Positions 39,301 to 51,400 of a DNA stretch of 64,000 nt are shown piece after piece (the stretch's first letter is position 1; every line of letters begins with the position of its first letter). The position numbers and the translations under genes were made by a program. Under the pieces are notes generated by a model that was given only the letters and a program-made list of their open reading frames with translations, ran no database searches and was not told where the DNA came from. The stretch is taken from assembly GCF_009834535.1 (NCBI RefSeq), contig NC_045696.1:74898001-74962000 (forward strand). The letters are read 5' to 3'. Source of the DNA: Camelus ferus. Lineage: Eukaryota.

Positions 39301-39660
39301 AAAGTGAAACTCTTGTAGGCAGCATATCATTGGATGTAATTTCTTTTATTCATTCATCCATTTCATGTCTTTTGATTAGAGAAATTAATCCAATTATTTT
39401 GAAAGTAATTATTGATGGGTAAGGACTTCCTATTTCCATTTTGTCAGTTCTTTTCTGTTTTATAGATCGTTTGTTTCTTGATCCCTCTCTTGCTGTCTTC
39501 CACTGTGATTTGATAAATTTTTATGGCAGTGTGCTTTGATTCCTTTATCATTATCTTCTCCATATCTACTTCAGGTTTTCCTTTGTGGTTACCATGAGGC
39601 TTATATAAAATACCATATAGGTGTAACATCCTAGTTCAAGTGATAACAATTATTTAACTA
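36345..39660 (-). mobile_element. Rearranged LINE-1 (3'UTR and ORF2 pieces) interrupted by LTR-like DNA at ~37441-37891
   Basis: Peptides [56 protein letters not shown]1MA-type 3'UTR at 36345-36900. Confidence 0.9.
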
Positions 39661-40094
39661 TTTGATTATTTGTAGAATGTATGTCATGTGCCTCTGTTTA
39701 TGCTACTCACTGGGAAATACAAGATTGAATAAAAGAAAGCCCCTACCCATGAGGACCTGATAGTCTTCTGGGTTAGACAAATGTTGCCTGGCCTGGGAAG
39801 GGTAGGGTAGGCAGGGCTTCTTGGAAAATAAGTAGGAGTCAACCATGTGACAAAGAAAGGGAAGTTTTGTTGGCTGGAGAGAACACATACACAAAGGAGA
39901 TGAGAAACAACCTGTTTGGTATTTCTGGAATAAAGCATTCAATTTGAAGTTGGATGTGTTTTTAGACTGGAGAAATGGACAGTGACCAGGTCTGGGGGTG
40001 TGGGGGGGTTGTCTTGGTAAGGACCTTTGACTTTATCCTGTAGCCAGTAGGAAGCCATTGGCAAGTGGTGGCATAATCATCAGATTTGCATTTT

Positions 40095-40215
40095 TGGGGG
40101 GAGGGTAATTAGGTTTATTTGTTGATTTATTTTTAGAGGAGATACTGGGGATTGAACCTAGGACCTCGTACATGCTAAGCATGCACTCTACCACTTGAGC
40201 TATACCCTCCTCACC
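40095..40215 (-). mobile_element. Full-length tRNA-derived camelid SINE (Vic-1-like)
   Basis: Reverse complement gagggtatagctcaagtggtagagtgcatgcttagcatg...ggttcaatccccagta (A and B boxes); 15-bp TSD TCAGATTTGCATTTT at 40080-40094 and 40216-40230. Confidence 0.92.
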
Positions 40216-40719
40216 TCAGATTTGCATTTTAATGGTGACTTCTAGCAATAACAGTATGGAATAAGGATTGCTTCCCAGGAGGTAGAGAGAAGAGTTAAAA
40301 AGCTGTTGCATTATTCTAGATGGCAGATGATAAAGACTTTGAAATAAGACTGTAGTGTTAAGGACAGAGGAACAGGACAAATTCAAGAAGTATTTAGGAG
40401 GTAAATTTGTCAGAACTTAATAATAAGAGGATGTTTGGAGATGAAAAAGAGGAAATAGTATAGAATGAATTTCCAGTGTCTGATGGTAGATTAACTGGCA
40501 TAGGGAGTGCAAGAGGGGGAGCAAGTGTGGTAGCAAAAGAGGGTGAATTAAGTTTTGATTTTGTTGAACTTGACATACGATAGAGTTTGGTAGGCAGGTC
40601 TAACACTTCGTAGAAAGCCTTGGTCTGGAGATATATGCTCAGGATTCAGTGTCATGGCTTACATGCGGTGCACGGGAGATGCTATCTCAGATCTATTTAC
40701 TGGTGGATTTTCTGCCATT

Positions 40720-41450
40720 AACCCTCTCAGGAGCCTGTTGCAAATGATAGAAATCTGATTTTAACAATTTTAGGCATTAGAGAATTGGCTCATAGCAAGT
40801 GGGAAAAGGGGGATACAACTGTGGTCACCTCAGAGAGAGGGGTCAACAATATTTTAGAACCTGGGAAGAAGGTATACAAGAGTTAACTAACCTAGCAGAC
40901 CACAGAAAGCTGAATTCTGTCAATGTTCACCCATCAGAGATCACCAGGAACACACCTAGAGTTCAACAATGTTGTATTTGTTTAGTTTTCTGCAGTGAGG
41001 GGGAACACACCCCAGAGGAATCCTGGAAGCATCTCAGTAAGGGAGAATTGGGAAAGAATTCTTGGAGGGTTGAGTTTTTGCTGCCTGATTCTAAGGAGGG
41101 ATCAGGGAAGTGAGGTACCATCTCTGGATGGGATGTGGTTGAGAAATCAGGGCATTTCAGCACTTGGATATCTCAGAAATCTTTTTTTCAGGAGACTGAA
41201 AGAACAAAACCAGACCGGAGATGTCATTGGTAACAAAACAGCAATCACTTAGAAGAAAAGATTATTAGTCATTTTTGCAGCTGTGGTATGGCCTTGTATA
41301 GAAATGCTGTTTATATGACCTTGTCCATGTCCCTTGGAAACATTGTTTATGTTCTGTTAGGAATATCACATCTGATTGCCAGCAGGGCTGTTTTTCATTT
41401 TCTCAGATCTAACTGCCTGCAAGAGGGTAACTCCAAGGAGCAGGCCAGTT
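40720..41450. mobile_element. ERV1-like LTR (family not resolved)
   Basis: gtcatttttgcagctgtgg...ccttgtatagaaatgctgtttat...cattgtttatgttctgtt LTR-type sequence. Confidence 0.5.
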
Positions 41451-41569
41451 TTCACAGCAGAATCCTGGAAAGCCTCAAGTTAGACACAACAGGCACGGGT
41501 ATGAGTGAGACTGAAAATATGAGAAAGTCTGGATGAAAAAGAAAGTCTGCATAAGAAAGCAGTTAGGGC

Positions 41570-41920
41570 TTATTATGGATTGAACGTTTGTGTCCCCTCC
41601 AAAGTTGATATGTTAAAATCGTGACCCCTTATGTGATGTTATTAGGAGGTGGGGCCTTTGGGAGGTGATCAGGTCATGAGGGTGGAGCCCTCATGTATGG
41701 GATTGACCCCAGAGAGCTCCCTTGTCCCTTCCACCATGTGAGAACACAGTGTGAGAAGACAGCCATCTATGAACCAGGAAATAGGCTCTCACCAGACACC
41801 AAATCTGCTGGCATCTTGATCTTAGACTTCCCAGCCTCCAGAACTGTGAGAAATACATGTTTGTTGTTTAAAGCATTCAGTTTAGGGTATTTTTGTTATA
41901 GCAGCATGAGTGGATTAATA
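41570..41920 (+). mobile_element. MLT1A-like MaLR LTR
   Basis: atggattgaacgtttgtgtcccc...ggaggtggggcctttgggaggtgat...gacttcccagcctccagaactgtgagaaata. Confidence 0.9.
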
Positions 41921-42349
41921 CAAGTGTCTAGAATTTTTTCTCTTCTTTATGTAGCCAGGCTCCAACTCACTACCCCAATAGAAGATTGAAAGTTTACTCA
42001 TTAGAGAGGTTGAATTAGAGACTAGATTTGGAAATATGAGAAATAGCAAAGGGACAGAAGGTCCTACTGAGAGTGGGAGCTGAGGAAAGTTTACAGAGTT
42101 AATGGTTAGACTCCAGCCCCTTTCCCACACAAAGCTGTCAGAAGACTGATATTCAGCTTAGTAATGGGATGGTTCATCTCTTGGGAAACCAGTTAATCCA
42201 AGGAAAAATACTTACAGATATTGGCAGTATGGATCCCAGCCTGATCACCTTATAGTGAAATCCACACTTAGCTTCTAGCTAGCTTTTTCATGCCTTACTC
42301 TTAAATATGGACAGCACCCAAGAATCACAAGAGATTTGGGGAAATCATT

Positions 42350-43450
42350 TAATCTGAAAGAGAAGATAAAACATTTTTAAAAATTTCAGAAGAAAAGAGA
42401 TAATCCAAGGAACAGAAGATGATAGTGAATCCATGAAATGAGGAAAGACTGCTCTAAAAATGAATATTCAGCAGTCAAGGAAGAGTTTTTGAAAAATAAA
42501 AAGGTATTGGTTAAATTAACAAAATAAAAATTTTTTGAAGTATAGTTGATTTGAAGTTTCAGGAGTATAACATAGTGATTCAATATTTTTATAGATTATA
42601 CTCCCATTTAAAGTTATTATAAAATAATGGCTATATTTCCATGTGCTATGTAAACAATTAAATTAATAGAAGCTTTAGGAGACAAAACTGAAGACATCTC
42701 CTTCAAAGCAGGAAAAAAGAGAACTGAATAAGAAGAGAAAACATAAGGAAATAGGACCATTTGAGCAGGACCAATATCCAAATAAAGGAGTTTCAGAAAG
42801 ACAGAAGATAGAAAAGAGAAGAAGTAATCAAAGGGAAAAAATATAACATTTCTCAGAAGATAAGGGCATGAGTCTCTAGATTGAAAGGTTTCCCTGAATG
42901 CCTAGCAAAATGAACGAAAACAAACAAACAAAAACAAAACAAGACAAAAACACCTTGAAACAAAAAGGGCATTATGAGATTTTAGAATATTAGGGTTAAA
43001 GAGAAGATTCTGAAACTCTAGGGTTGGAGTGGGGAACAGATCACATACAAAGGAGAGGAAAGCTGGACCACAATAAAGCAATGCCTTCAAAATTCCATGG
43101 AAAAATGGAGTCCAACCTAGAATTCTATAGCTACCATACTATCAATCAGATGTGAGGGTAGAACAGACAAGTAAAACTTCAGAATCCTTACTCCAGTGTG
43201 CTCTTTTCCAGAAAGCTCTGGAGCATGAAATCCATTAAAATAAGGGAGTGAATCAAGGAAGGAATATAGGGGCTCAGAAATAGGGAACACAACATATGAG
43301 AAAGCTGTGAATTCCCAGGATGATGGAAAAATAATTTCCAGAACACAGTATTGCAGTAGGCCTAGAATAAAAATAACCCAGATTAGAGCAGGAAGGTGGA
43401 GGGCTCCAGACATGTCTGCATTTAAAAATGAAGTAAGTAAATAGTTAACC
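42350..43450 (+). mobile_element. Old L1/HAL1 ORF1-like remnant, with a short minus-strand L1 tail at ~42525-42650
   Basis: A-rich; tctagattgaaagg...gcaatgccttcaaaattc...caacctagaattctata. Confidence 0.7.
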
Positions 43451-44794
43451 CAGTAGAGTACCTGATATTTTTTTTTAAAGCATCAAGAGGAGATTTGCAG
43501 TTCTGGCCCAGAACTTGAAATGAATTAGAAAATTAAGCTAAATGAAGCATTTATTAACTCCACAGGAAATTAAGAGCGTGTAAGAAAGGAAATGGCTCAG
43601 GTGGGAGTGATATGTATTTACAAAGTTGTTATAATAGAGATAATAGATATTTATTTAACCAAGAAAACCGTGTAGAAGGGAGAGTGAGCGAGTATGTGTG
43701 TATGTGTGTTGGAGGGAAGTTGTTCCCTGGAAATAGACGGAAGTATAAGAGATCTAAAAGTTTTTGATCAAGAGTAGAATGCCAGTAAAAGACAACTAAA
43801 TTTGAAAAGTGAAGTTTCCCTATAATCATGCTGTTTAAAAATACATAGGAAAAAATTAGCTATTTTTTTTTGAAAGGAGAAAAAAATAACATAGGAAAGT
43901 GTCAGAGCCAAAAAAGTTGGATTGTCTTTTGGGGACAGAAACTGGGTATGAGGAAGGCTGAAGGAAGGGACTGCTGTTGTATAGTAGAAACCTAATAAAA
44001 TGATTTAATTTAAAAATGTACATATATTACTTTGATATAAATAAAACATTGTTTTAAAAATCATAATAACTGAGAAAGGAAGGTGGATGGGTGGAAATGA
44101 CTAGAACCATAAAACAGTTTCTCAATTTCTCTCTCTCCTGTTTCTCTCTGTGCATCTGACTCCTTTCCCTCACTGTGGATCAGTATGGGTGCTGAGTGAG
44201 GACCGGCAGGTGGGGGGACTAGGGAGGGGCACAGCCAGCAGCAGACACATCCCAGGTAGAGATGGCTCCTAGCAGTTCTCCACCAGGCTTGTCTAATTTA
44301 GAGCAAATAATTCTTCCAACTCCAGTTAGCATAAGGATGACTTATACTTTTCTCTCCATGGCTCTCTTCTGTGTCTGTGAAGGCTAGTTTAGTGTCTTCA
44401 GGACCCTTTCTCCTTTGGATAGATCTTATACCTTATTAATGCAGATATATGTGGTGATTATGGGAATGTTTGTAAATAAATAAAGATTTTTACTTGCTTA
44501 TATTTGCAGATATATTTCATTTTCAGAACAATTTGGAGCTTCATAATACTTTCCAGGGGTAGCAGTTATTTTTGGTGAGGAGATTAAAAAAAAAAGTAAT
44601 GACTAGTATTCTTATACATATTAACGAAAGCTTATACTTATATGTGGTAGCACATCTTTCTGGTGTAGTGGTGCTCCTTTCTTGGCAGGAGTTGGTCTTT
44701 GCTACTCATCTGAGATCTTATAAATGCAGAATCTCAGGCTCTAGAATGTGAGAATCCTTGTGTCAGAATCTGATTTAGTTAGTCTGGAGTCTGA

Positions 44795-44874
44795 TTTTTT
44801 TTCTTTTCTTTTCTTTTCTTTCCTTTCTTTTCTTTTCTTTTCTTTCCTTTCTTTTCTTTTCTTTTCTTTTCTTT
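44795..44874. repeat. (CTTTT)n-type pyrimidine tract
   Basis: Imperfect pentanucleotide run. Confidence 0.9.
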
Positions 44875-44979
44875 AGCTCTCCCAGGGACTAGATTGTTAA
44901 CTAACAATCTGAGCAAATCCTAATTCCCTCCCTGCTTATTTAATATTTGTGACTGAGTTAACAAAAAGAGTTAGTGTTT

Positions 44980-45450
44980 CCTTTCCCAGGGTAGGGAAGT
45001 TTTCAGCTATTATGTCTTCAAATATGTTTTCTGCTTCTTTCTCTCTCTCCTCCTTGTCGGATCCCTAATCCCACTAATGCAAATATTAGTGTGCTTGATA
45101 TTGTCCCAGAGGTCTCTTAAACTGTCCTCATTTCTTTTCACTCTTTTTTCTGTTCAGCATCAATGATTTCTACCACTCTACCTTCCATCTTCCTGATCCA
45201 TTCCTCCTCTGTATCATTTAACCTACTATTCATTCCTTCTAGTGTACATTTCGTTTCAGTTATTGTATTCTTCATTTTTGTTTGGTTCTTCTTTTTATTT
45301 TCTATCTCTTTGTTAAAAATTTCTAACTTCTCATTCTGTTCATCTAGCCTTCTTGTGAATTCTTTGATCATTTTTACAGTAATTACCTTGAACCCTTTCT
45401 CAGATAGATTGCCTTTCTCTATTTTGCTTAGTTCTTCTTCTGGCATTTAG
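44980..45450 (-). mobile_element. L1 ORF1 fragment (coiled-coil region)
   Basis: ORF 45138-45446 ...NLSEKGFKVITVKMIKE...KNQTKMKNTITE...LEGMNSRLNDTEEEWI...EIIDAEQKKE is L1 ORF1p-like. Confidence 0.88.
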
Positions 45451-45900
45451 TTCTATGCAATTTTAACATATAGATTCATGTGACCAACACTGCAATCGAG
45501 ATTCAGAGCTATTCCATCACCACAAAGATCCCTGTGATTCCCCTGTACATTCACACCCATCCCCTTCACTCTTGCACCTCATCTCTAACCCCTGGCAACC
45601 ACTAATCTGTTCTCTATCTGTATAATTTTTTTCATTTCAAGAATCATATAAATGAAATCATGCATATGTAACCTTTTGAGATTGGCTTTTTTTCCGCTCA
45701 GCATAATGCCCTTGAGTTCCATCCAAGTTGCTGCATATATCAGTAGATTGTTTTCATTGCCAAGTGGTATTCCATGTTATAGAGATACCGTAGTCTGTTT
45801 AACCATTCAAGCATTGTGGAGAATTTTGCTTGTTTGCAGTTTGGGGCTATCTGAAAGGAATCTACTATGAATAATCACATACATAAATTGTGTAAAATAT
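45450..45900 (-). mobile_element. L1MB/MC-type 3'UTR
   Basis: ctaacccctggcaaccactaatctgttctctatct...tcagcataatgcccttgag. Confidence 0.8.
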
Positions 45901-46164
45901 TTCAAAAATGCCCAGGCTCCAGACTAAGTAAATCAGGATCTCAGGGGTGAAGCCCAGGCATCAACAACTTTGAAAAGTTTCCCAGATAATTCTCATGTGC
46001 ATCAAGGTTTTCTAAAAGTGCAAATTCTAAAAAAATTATTTATTAGTAACAATGATTATTATGTACCTACCAATTCTAGACATCTTGCTCTTTTAAACCT
46101 CTTAATAACCCTATGGAATATATATTATTATTCTCTCTTTACAGATGGGAAGACTGAAGCATGA

Positions 46165-46468
46165 GTGAAATGGGTGAAGGTAGTAAAAAGGTATAAATTT
46201 CCTGTTATAAAAGAAATAAGTCCTAGGGATCTAATGTACAGCATGGTGACTATAGTTAATAATACTGTACTGTATGTTTGAAAGTTGCTAAGACTGTAGA
46301 TCTTAAAAGTTCTTATCATAAGAAAAAAATGCAACTTTGCATTGTGATGGATGTTAACTAGACTTACTGTGGTAATCATTTTGCAATATTTACATATTTT
46401 GAATCACTATGTTGTACCCCTGAAACTAATATAATGTTATATGTTAGTTATATCTGAAGAAAAAAATT
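46165..46468 (+). mobile_element. L1MA-type 3' end inserted in a MIR
   Basis: taatgtacagcatggtgactatagttaataatactgta...cctgaaactaatataatgttatatg followed by an A tail. Confidence 0.85.
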
Positions 46469-47089
46469 TTCCTTAGAGATATGTTAAGTATCCTGTATCT
46501 TAAATTAATTGTGGTTCAAGAGAAAAATTTATAGATTACTTTTCTTAACTCAAGAAAGTATTTTAAGATAGGCTTTCAAAGAATCTTACAGGGGGAAAAA
46601 AAATCCCATAACTCATAGATTATAAAGAAAAGAGGGTTTTGTCTTTAAAACATCTTATGCAATTAGGAGCCAGGTGAACTTAGTTACCATGTGAATAATT
46701 CAGAGATGCAAATTAACTGCAATAGGAAAATGTTTGGTCTAGTGTGGTCCTCTATATCCATACAGCTCAAATGATATGTGGAAAAAAAAAATCTCTGTCT
46801 GGGAACAACCACATTCATTGATCAAACTACCTTACTAAAGTGTGTAGACCAGAGGAAGTGAGGGAGCTAGACTCAGAAATCTCTTTGAGTAGCTTTTTTG
46901 AGGAATGACAATACCAAATGCCAGGGATGGTAGGGAGCTTGGAATGTCCATGGACTAACTTGATTATTGGCCAAATGTCAGATGGATGGTGCCTTCAGTT
47001 GTGCCTGTGAAGTTTGACGTTTGAACCTGCCTGTGGAATTTGAACTTGCTTAGACACCCTTCATAGTAAGATAAACTAATTCCTTGTAA

Positions 47090-47094
<5 letters not shown>

Positions 47095-47174
<80 letters not shown>
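47095..47174. repeat. Compound microsatellite (CT)26(CA)14
   Basis: Perfect adjacent runs. Confidence 0.97.
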
Positions 47175-47178
<4 letters not shown>

Positions 47179-47640
47179 TGGAAAGGATTAGTGGGAGCAA
47201 CAATGTGGGGAGTGGAAATCAGGAATTCTCTTTCAGACATGTTCAGTTTGAGATGGTTTGAACCTCCAAATGGAGAGGTCAAGTAGGCACTTAGATTGCC
47301 GATAAACACAAGGGCTAGAAACATGAATCTTAGGGGTCGTGATTATAGAGATGTTTATGTTAAATCCATAGATCATGAAATTGGATGGGGTTTCCAAGGG
47401 AGAGAGTGTATATAGAGAAAATGAGGGAAACCATGAGTGAGCCCTGGGTGGTCCAACCTTTAGAGCCCCAATAGTGCACGTGAAAGCAGAAAAGAACATG
47501 GATGAGGAGCGGTCCCTGAGGGAAGGGAACCAGGGGAGTGTCATGAGAAGCCATGAGAAGACAGTGTTTCAAAAAGGGAGAGGCCAGATGAGTCTGATGC
47601 TGGTAAACTGTTGAGTGAAACAAGGTGGCCATTGGATTTT
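47175..47640. mobile_element. LINE-2 fragment
   Basis: gacatgttcagtttgagatg...tggagaggtcaagtaggca...aaccaggggagtgtcatgagaagcca. Confidence 0.7.
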
Positions 47641-48499
47641 ATAATAACAATAACTCAGTGTTTACATGATACATTTTGGAGCACTTTTATAAAATCTGGC
47701 ATGTCAGTTTTTTCTCTCACATGAGCTATTGGAAAGTGGTTATGGTCATTACCATCCTTTTTTCTTTTTCTTTCTTTCTTTTTTTTTTGCCAAGGGACCT
47801 CTGTTTATCAGGCAGATTTCAGGGAACTGCTCAGGATTAAAGGGGCGAGTTATGGCAGACCTGGTTAGAACCAGATTTCAGCATTTCAGCTCACTTCTCT
47901 GATTCCAAGTCCTGGTTGGCATAGGAATCACCTGTGGTACTTTCTAAACATACAAACACTGGGGACCAGTGTTTGTTCCATCAAAGAACTCTCAGATAAG
48001 GGTTAGGGAATGAGCGTTAAGGAGAAAATAAACGCATACAACTCAACAAGTCATAATAATGAGAGACCAGGGTAGAGGATCACTCAATTAGTCTACAGTG
48101 TATTCTGAGCAACGTTAAAATTAGACTTCATGGAATTAAAGTCTATGTACAGTTTGGTTAAGCTAGTTCACAAATGTCAGCTGAAACTTCTTTGAGCTTC
48201 CTCAGGGTGGAAAGGCTAATTAATGTTAATACCTCAGTTCAATCTGCTAAGGTGTTTTCTTATAATTAGTCTCCAGCTTCTGAATGGAGAAAGCATTTCC
48301 CAAAAGGCAGTTCTTTCCTTTGCGATTGATCTTCCAAATTAAACTTAGTTGTCTCATCAGGTGAATTTCCATGACCAGTTCCTCCAAGTTGAGAATCACT
48401 TCACTAGTGAGAGATATATCTGATGGAAACATGTGGAAATAGTCATCTGCACGTTTATGAAATAAGGATGATGTCCAAAGCATGAACACGTCTACCTAT

Positions 48500-49350
48500 T
48501 ACAAAGCTATTGCAACTTAATAGTAAAAAGACACCCAAATCTAAAACAGGCAAAGGAAGAAGCATTTCTCCAAAGGAGATACAGCATAATCAATAAGCAC
48601 ATGAAAAGATGCTCAGCATCATTAGCTGTCAGGGAAATGCAAATCAAAACCACAATGAAGTATCACTTCACACCTACTAGGATGGCTGTAATAATAATTA
48701 AAAAAGAAAATGACAAGTGTTGGTGAGGATATGGAGAAATTGGAACCTTATACATGGATGGGAGGTAAAACAGTGAATAGCTTTGGAAAATGGTCTGGCA
48801 TGTCCTCAGAAAGTTAAACATGGAGCTTTGTGGCCCAGCAATTCCACCCAAAGGTATATGTACCTAAGACAATAGAAAACTTGCATTTGCACAAGTACTT
48901 GTACTCAAGTGGGGAGTTCAGAGCAGCATTATTCACAATAGCCAAAGTGTGGAAACAATCCAAATGTCCATCAACTGATGAGTGGATAAATAGAATGTGG
49001 TTTATCCACACAATGGAGTGTTACTCACCAATAAAGAGAAATGACTTACTGATACATGCTACAATGTGGATGAACCTTGAAAACGTTATGCTAAGTGAAA
49101 GAAGCCATTTCCAGATGACCATATATTGAATTGTATGATTCCATTTATATGAAATGTCCCAAAGAGGCAAATTTATAGAGTCAGACAGTAGATTAGTGGT
49201 TGTCTAGGACTGGAGGGGGAAGGGGTATTGAGGAGGTAATGGTTAAGGGTGTGGGTTGCTTTTTAGGGTAATGCAAAATGCTCTAAAATTGATTGTAGTG
49301 ATTGTTGCCTAACTCTGCAAATATACTGAAAGCCATTGGATTATATGCTT
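48500..49350 (+). mobile_element. L1MB-type 3' end
   Basis: atgaaaagatgctcagcatcattag...ggaaatgcaaatcaaaaccacaatg; peptide AALFTIAKVWKQSKCPSTDEWINRMW. Confidence 0.9.
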
Positions 49351-50304
49351 AAAAAAATGACCTTCTGAGTTTTTTGAGTGCCTTAGGCTGTTTTTCATAA
49401 CTATCTATCATTAGGGCTTCTTTGTTCAAACTTTAGTTTTCTGCCGTTTTATTCTGTCCCCTGTACTACATGACAGCAAAGTAGGCTTCTCAAGGTTTCT
49501 CAATCCGGCCTTGCTCTTTCCTTTTTCCTTGTAATGGTCCACCGGCCCCCTTCCACCTGCCGTGCCTCATCTTCAAAATCCAAGTGAAATGCCTCCTCCT
49601 CCATCTCTGCCCATCTCAATTCCCATAATATTTTTGCTCAGTCTGCTAAGTGCTCAGTTATGATAGGGGAAATTTTTGCCTCTCCCCCACCTTCTTATTT
49701 TCCAGATTGCCTCCACTTAATTGCTTTCACCCTCTCTTCTTAATTGTTGCAAAATATGTGAGAAATACAGTCAAAATTACTTTTTTAGGGGGGCGGGCAG
49801 GGGTAGAGTTGAAAGAACACTTGTATTTTTTGTTTTGTGTAAGCTGTTTGTGGGGACGTTCATATGTTGGATGGTGTGCTTCTGGAATCTGACCATCGAG
49901 GTCAGGTTACCCCAAGCAGAACACACCTGAGATGAGAGAAAGCTGGGGGTGAATGAGACAAGATTCTAGATGTCAGCTGCCCTTTTCTTGAGTGAGTGGG
50001 ACGGCAGGCACACTGAGACCATTCCTAGGCTGGGAGTCCTCCCGCACCATCTGCTGCCAGCCTCCAGCTGTGCCCCTTGCTCCTGGTTAGAGGAGGCTGT
50101 GGGCCCCTCCCAGACACGAGAGGGACAGGAGGACTGCCGCTGGATTGCATTGCCTGGTGTGTCCTCTTCCTTCACGCAGGCCTGAAGAGTATCTTGCAGG
50201 TGGTAGAAATAAAGCACAAGGGGACCTAAGTATTTGTCCTTAATCACATATGTTAATTTTTGGGTAAGTTTTAGGGGGTTTTTTTGTTTTTGTTTTTGTT
50301 TTTG

Positions 50305-50385
50305 CAGGAGGGAGTTGGAGGTAATTAGATTTTTATTTATTTATTTTTTTTTAAATGAAGGTACTAGGGACTGAACCCTGGCCTC
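50305..50385 (-). mobile_element. Truncated camelid SINE (Vic-1-like)
   Basis: gaggtaattagatttttatttattt...aaggtactagggactgaaccctggcctc. Confidence 0.75.
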
Positions 50386-50499
50386 TTGCACAGTAAGAAA
50401 CATCAAAATAAATAAATGATCCAGGTGGAAGGCTGAGGGGGATGATCGGTGGTGTTACTTAGTTGCCACACTTTTAAAAGTTCCCACGTTTATTCAGAA

Positions 50500-51400
50500 G
50501 CATGCACCAATTTACTGGCACAGCTTCACAAATATTCACTATGAAACAACACCCATGTAACTGATACTCAGGTTAAGAAATTAAACATTGTGAGCACTTC
50601 ATCCCAACCCACGTATCAATTTCTGATCCCAACCCCATCTTCTCCCAAAAGGTAACTGTTACCCTTCTTTGATGTTAATTGTTTTCTTGCTTTTCTTTAT
50701 GGTTAGGCCATACATGTGTGCCATGTGTGCAGTATCCTTAAATAATATTGTGTTGTTTTTGCCTGTTCTAGGACTTAGTATAAATCAGATTGTATATATT
50801 CTTTTGTATCTTGCTTTTTTTTTTTGCTCAACATTATGTTTTAAGTCACTCATATTGTTGCGTGTAGTTGAAATTCATTAATTTTGTTGTTAAGTGATAT
50901 TTCTGCATGATATATTACATATTTTAATCCATTCTATTGAAAAATGGGTTACTTCCGATGTACATTTTCATAGACGTATTCTGGTTTGTAGGTATATACA
51001 TTTCTCTAGGATACATGACCGTGAATATAATTGCTACATCACTGGGTATGTATGTCTTCAACGTTACCAGATGCTCTCAAGTTGTTTTACAAAGTGGTTA
51101 TTCAGATTTACAACCTCACCAGAAATGTAGGGCAGTTCCAGTTCTGCATCTTTATCAACATTTGGTATTTTCTTTCTCCTTTTTTTCCTTGATTTTGTTT
51201 TCCTTCTTTCCCTCCCTCCCTCCCTCTCTTCCTTCCTTCTTTACTTCCTTCCTTCCTATTCCAGTGCCAATATAGTATATATCATTGTGGCTGAAATTTG
51301 CTTTAGTCCTTCTTCATGGGCAATTAGGATTTCCTGTTTTGTGAAGCAACTTTTCAAGCCTTACTTTTTAAAAATTGAATTGCATGCATTTTTCTCAATA
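50500..51400 (-). mobile_element. Old L1 (L1ME-like) 3' region
   Basis: acacccatgtaac...tttgctcaacattatgtttt...tcaagttgttttacaaagtggtt. Confidence 0.7.

Noticed and set aside
40140..40210. tRNA gene
   Set aside because: tRNA-like head is followed by a SINE tail, has a TSD and recurs as dispersed copies; it is a SINE
48247..48489. 80-aa ORF in unique-looking DNA containing RADD (RT YADD-like)
   Set aside because: No other RT motifs, and no frame I checked resembles a protein I recognise
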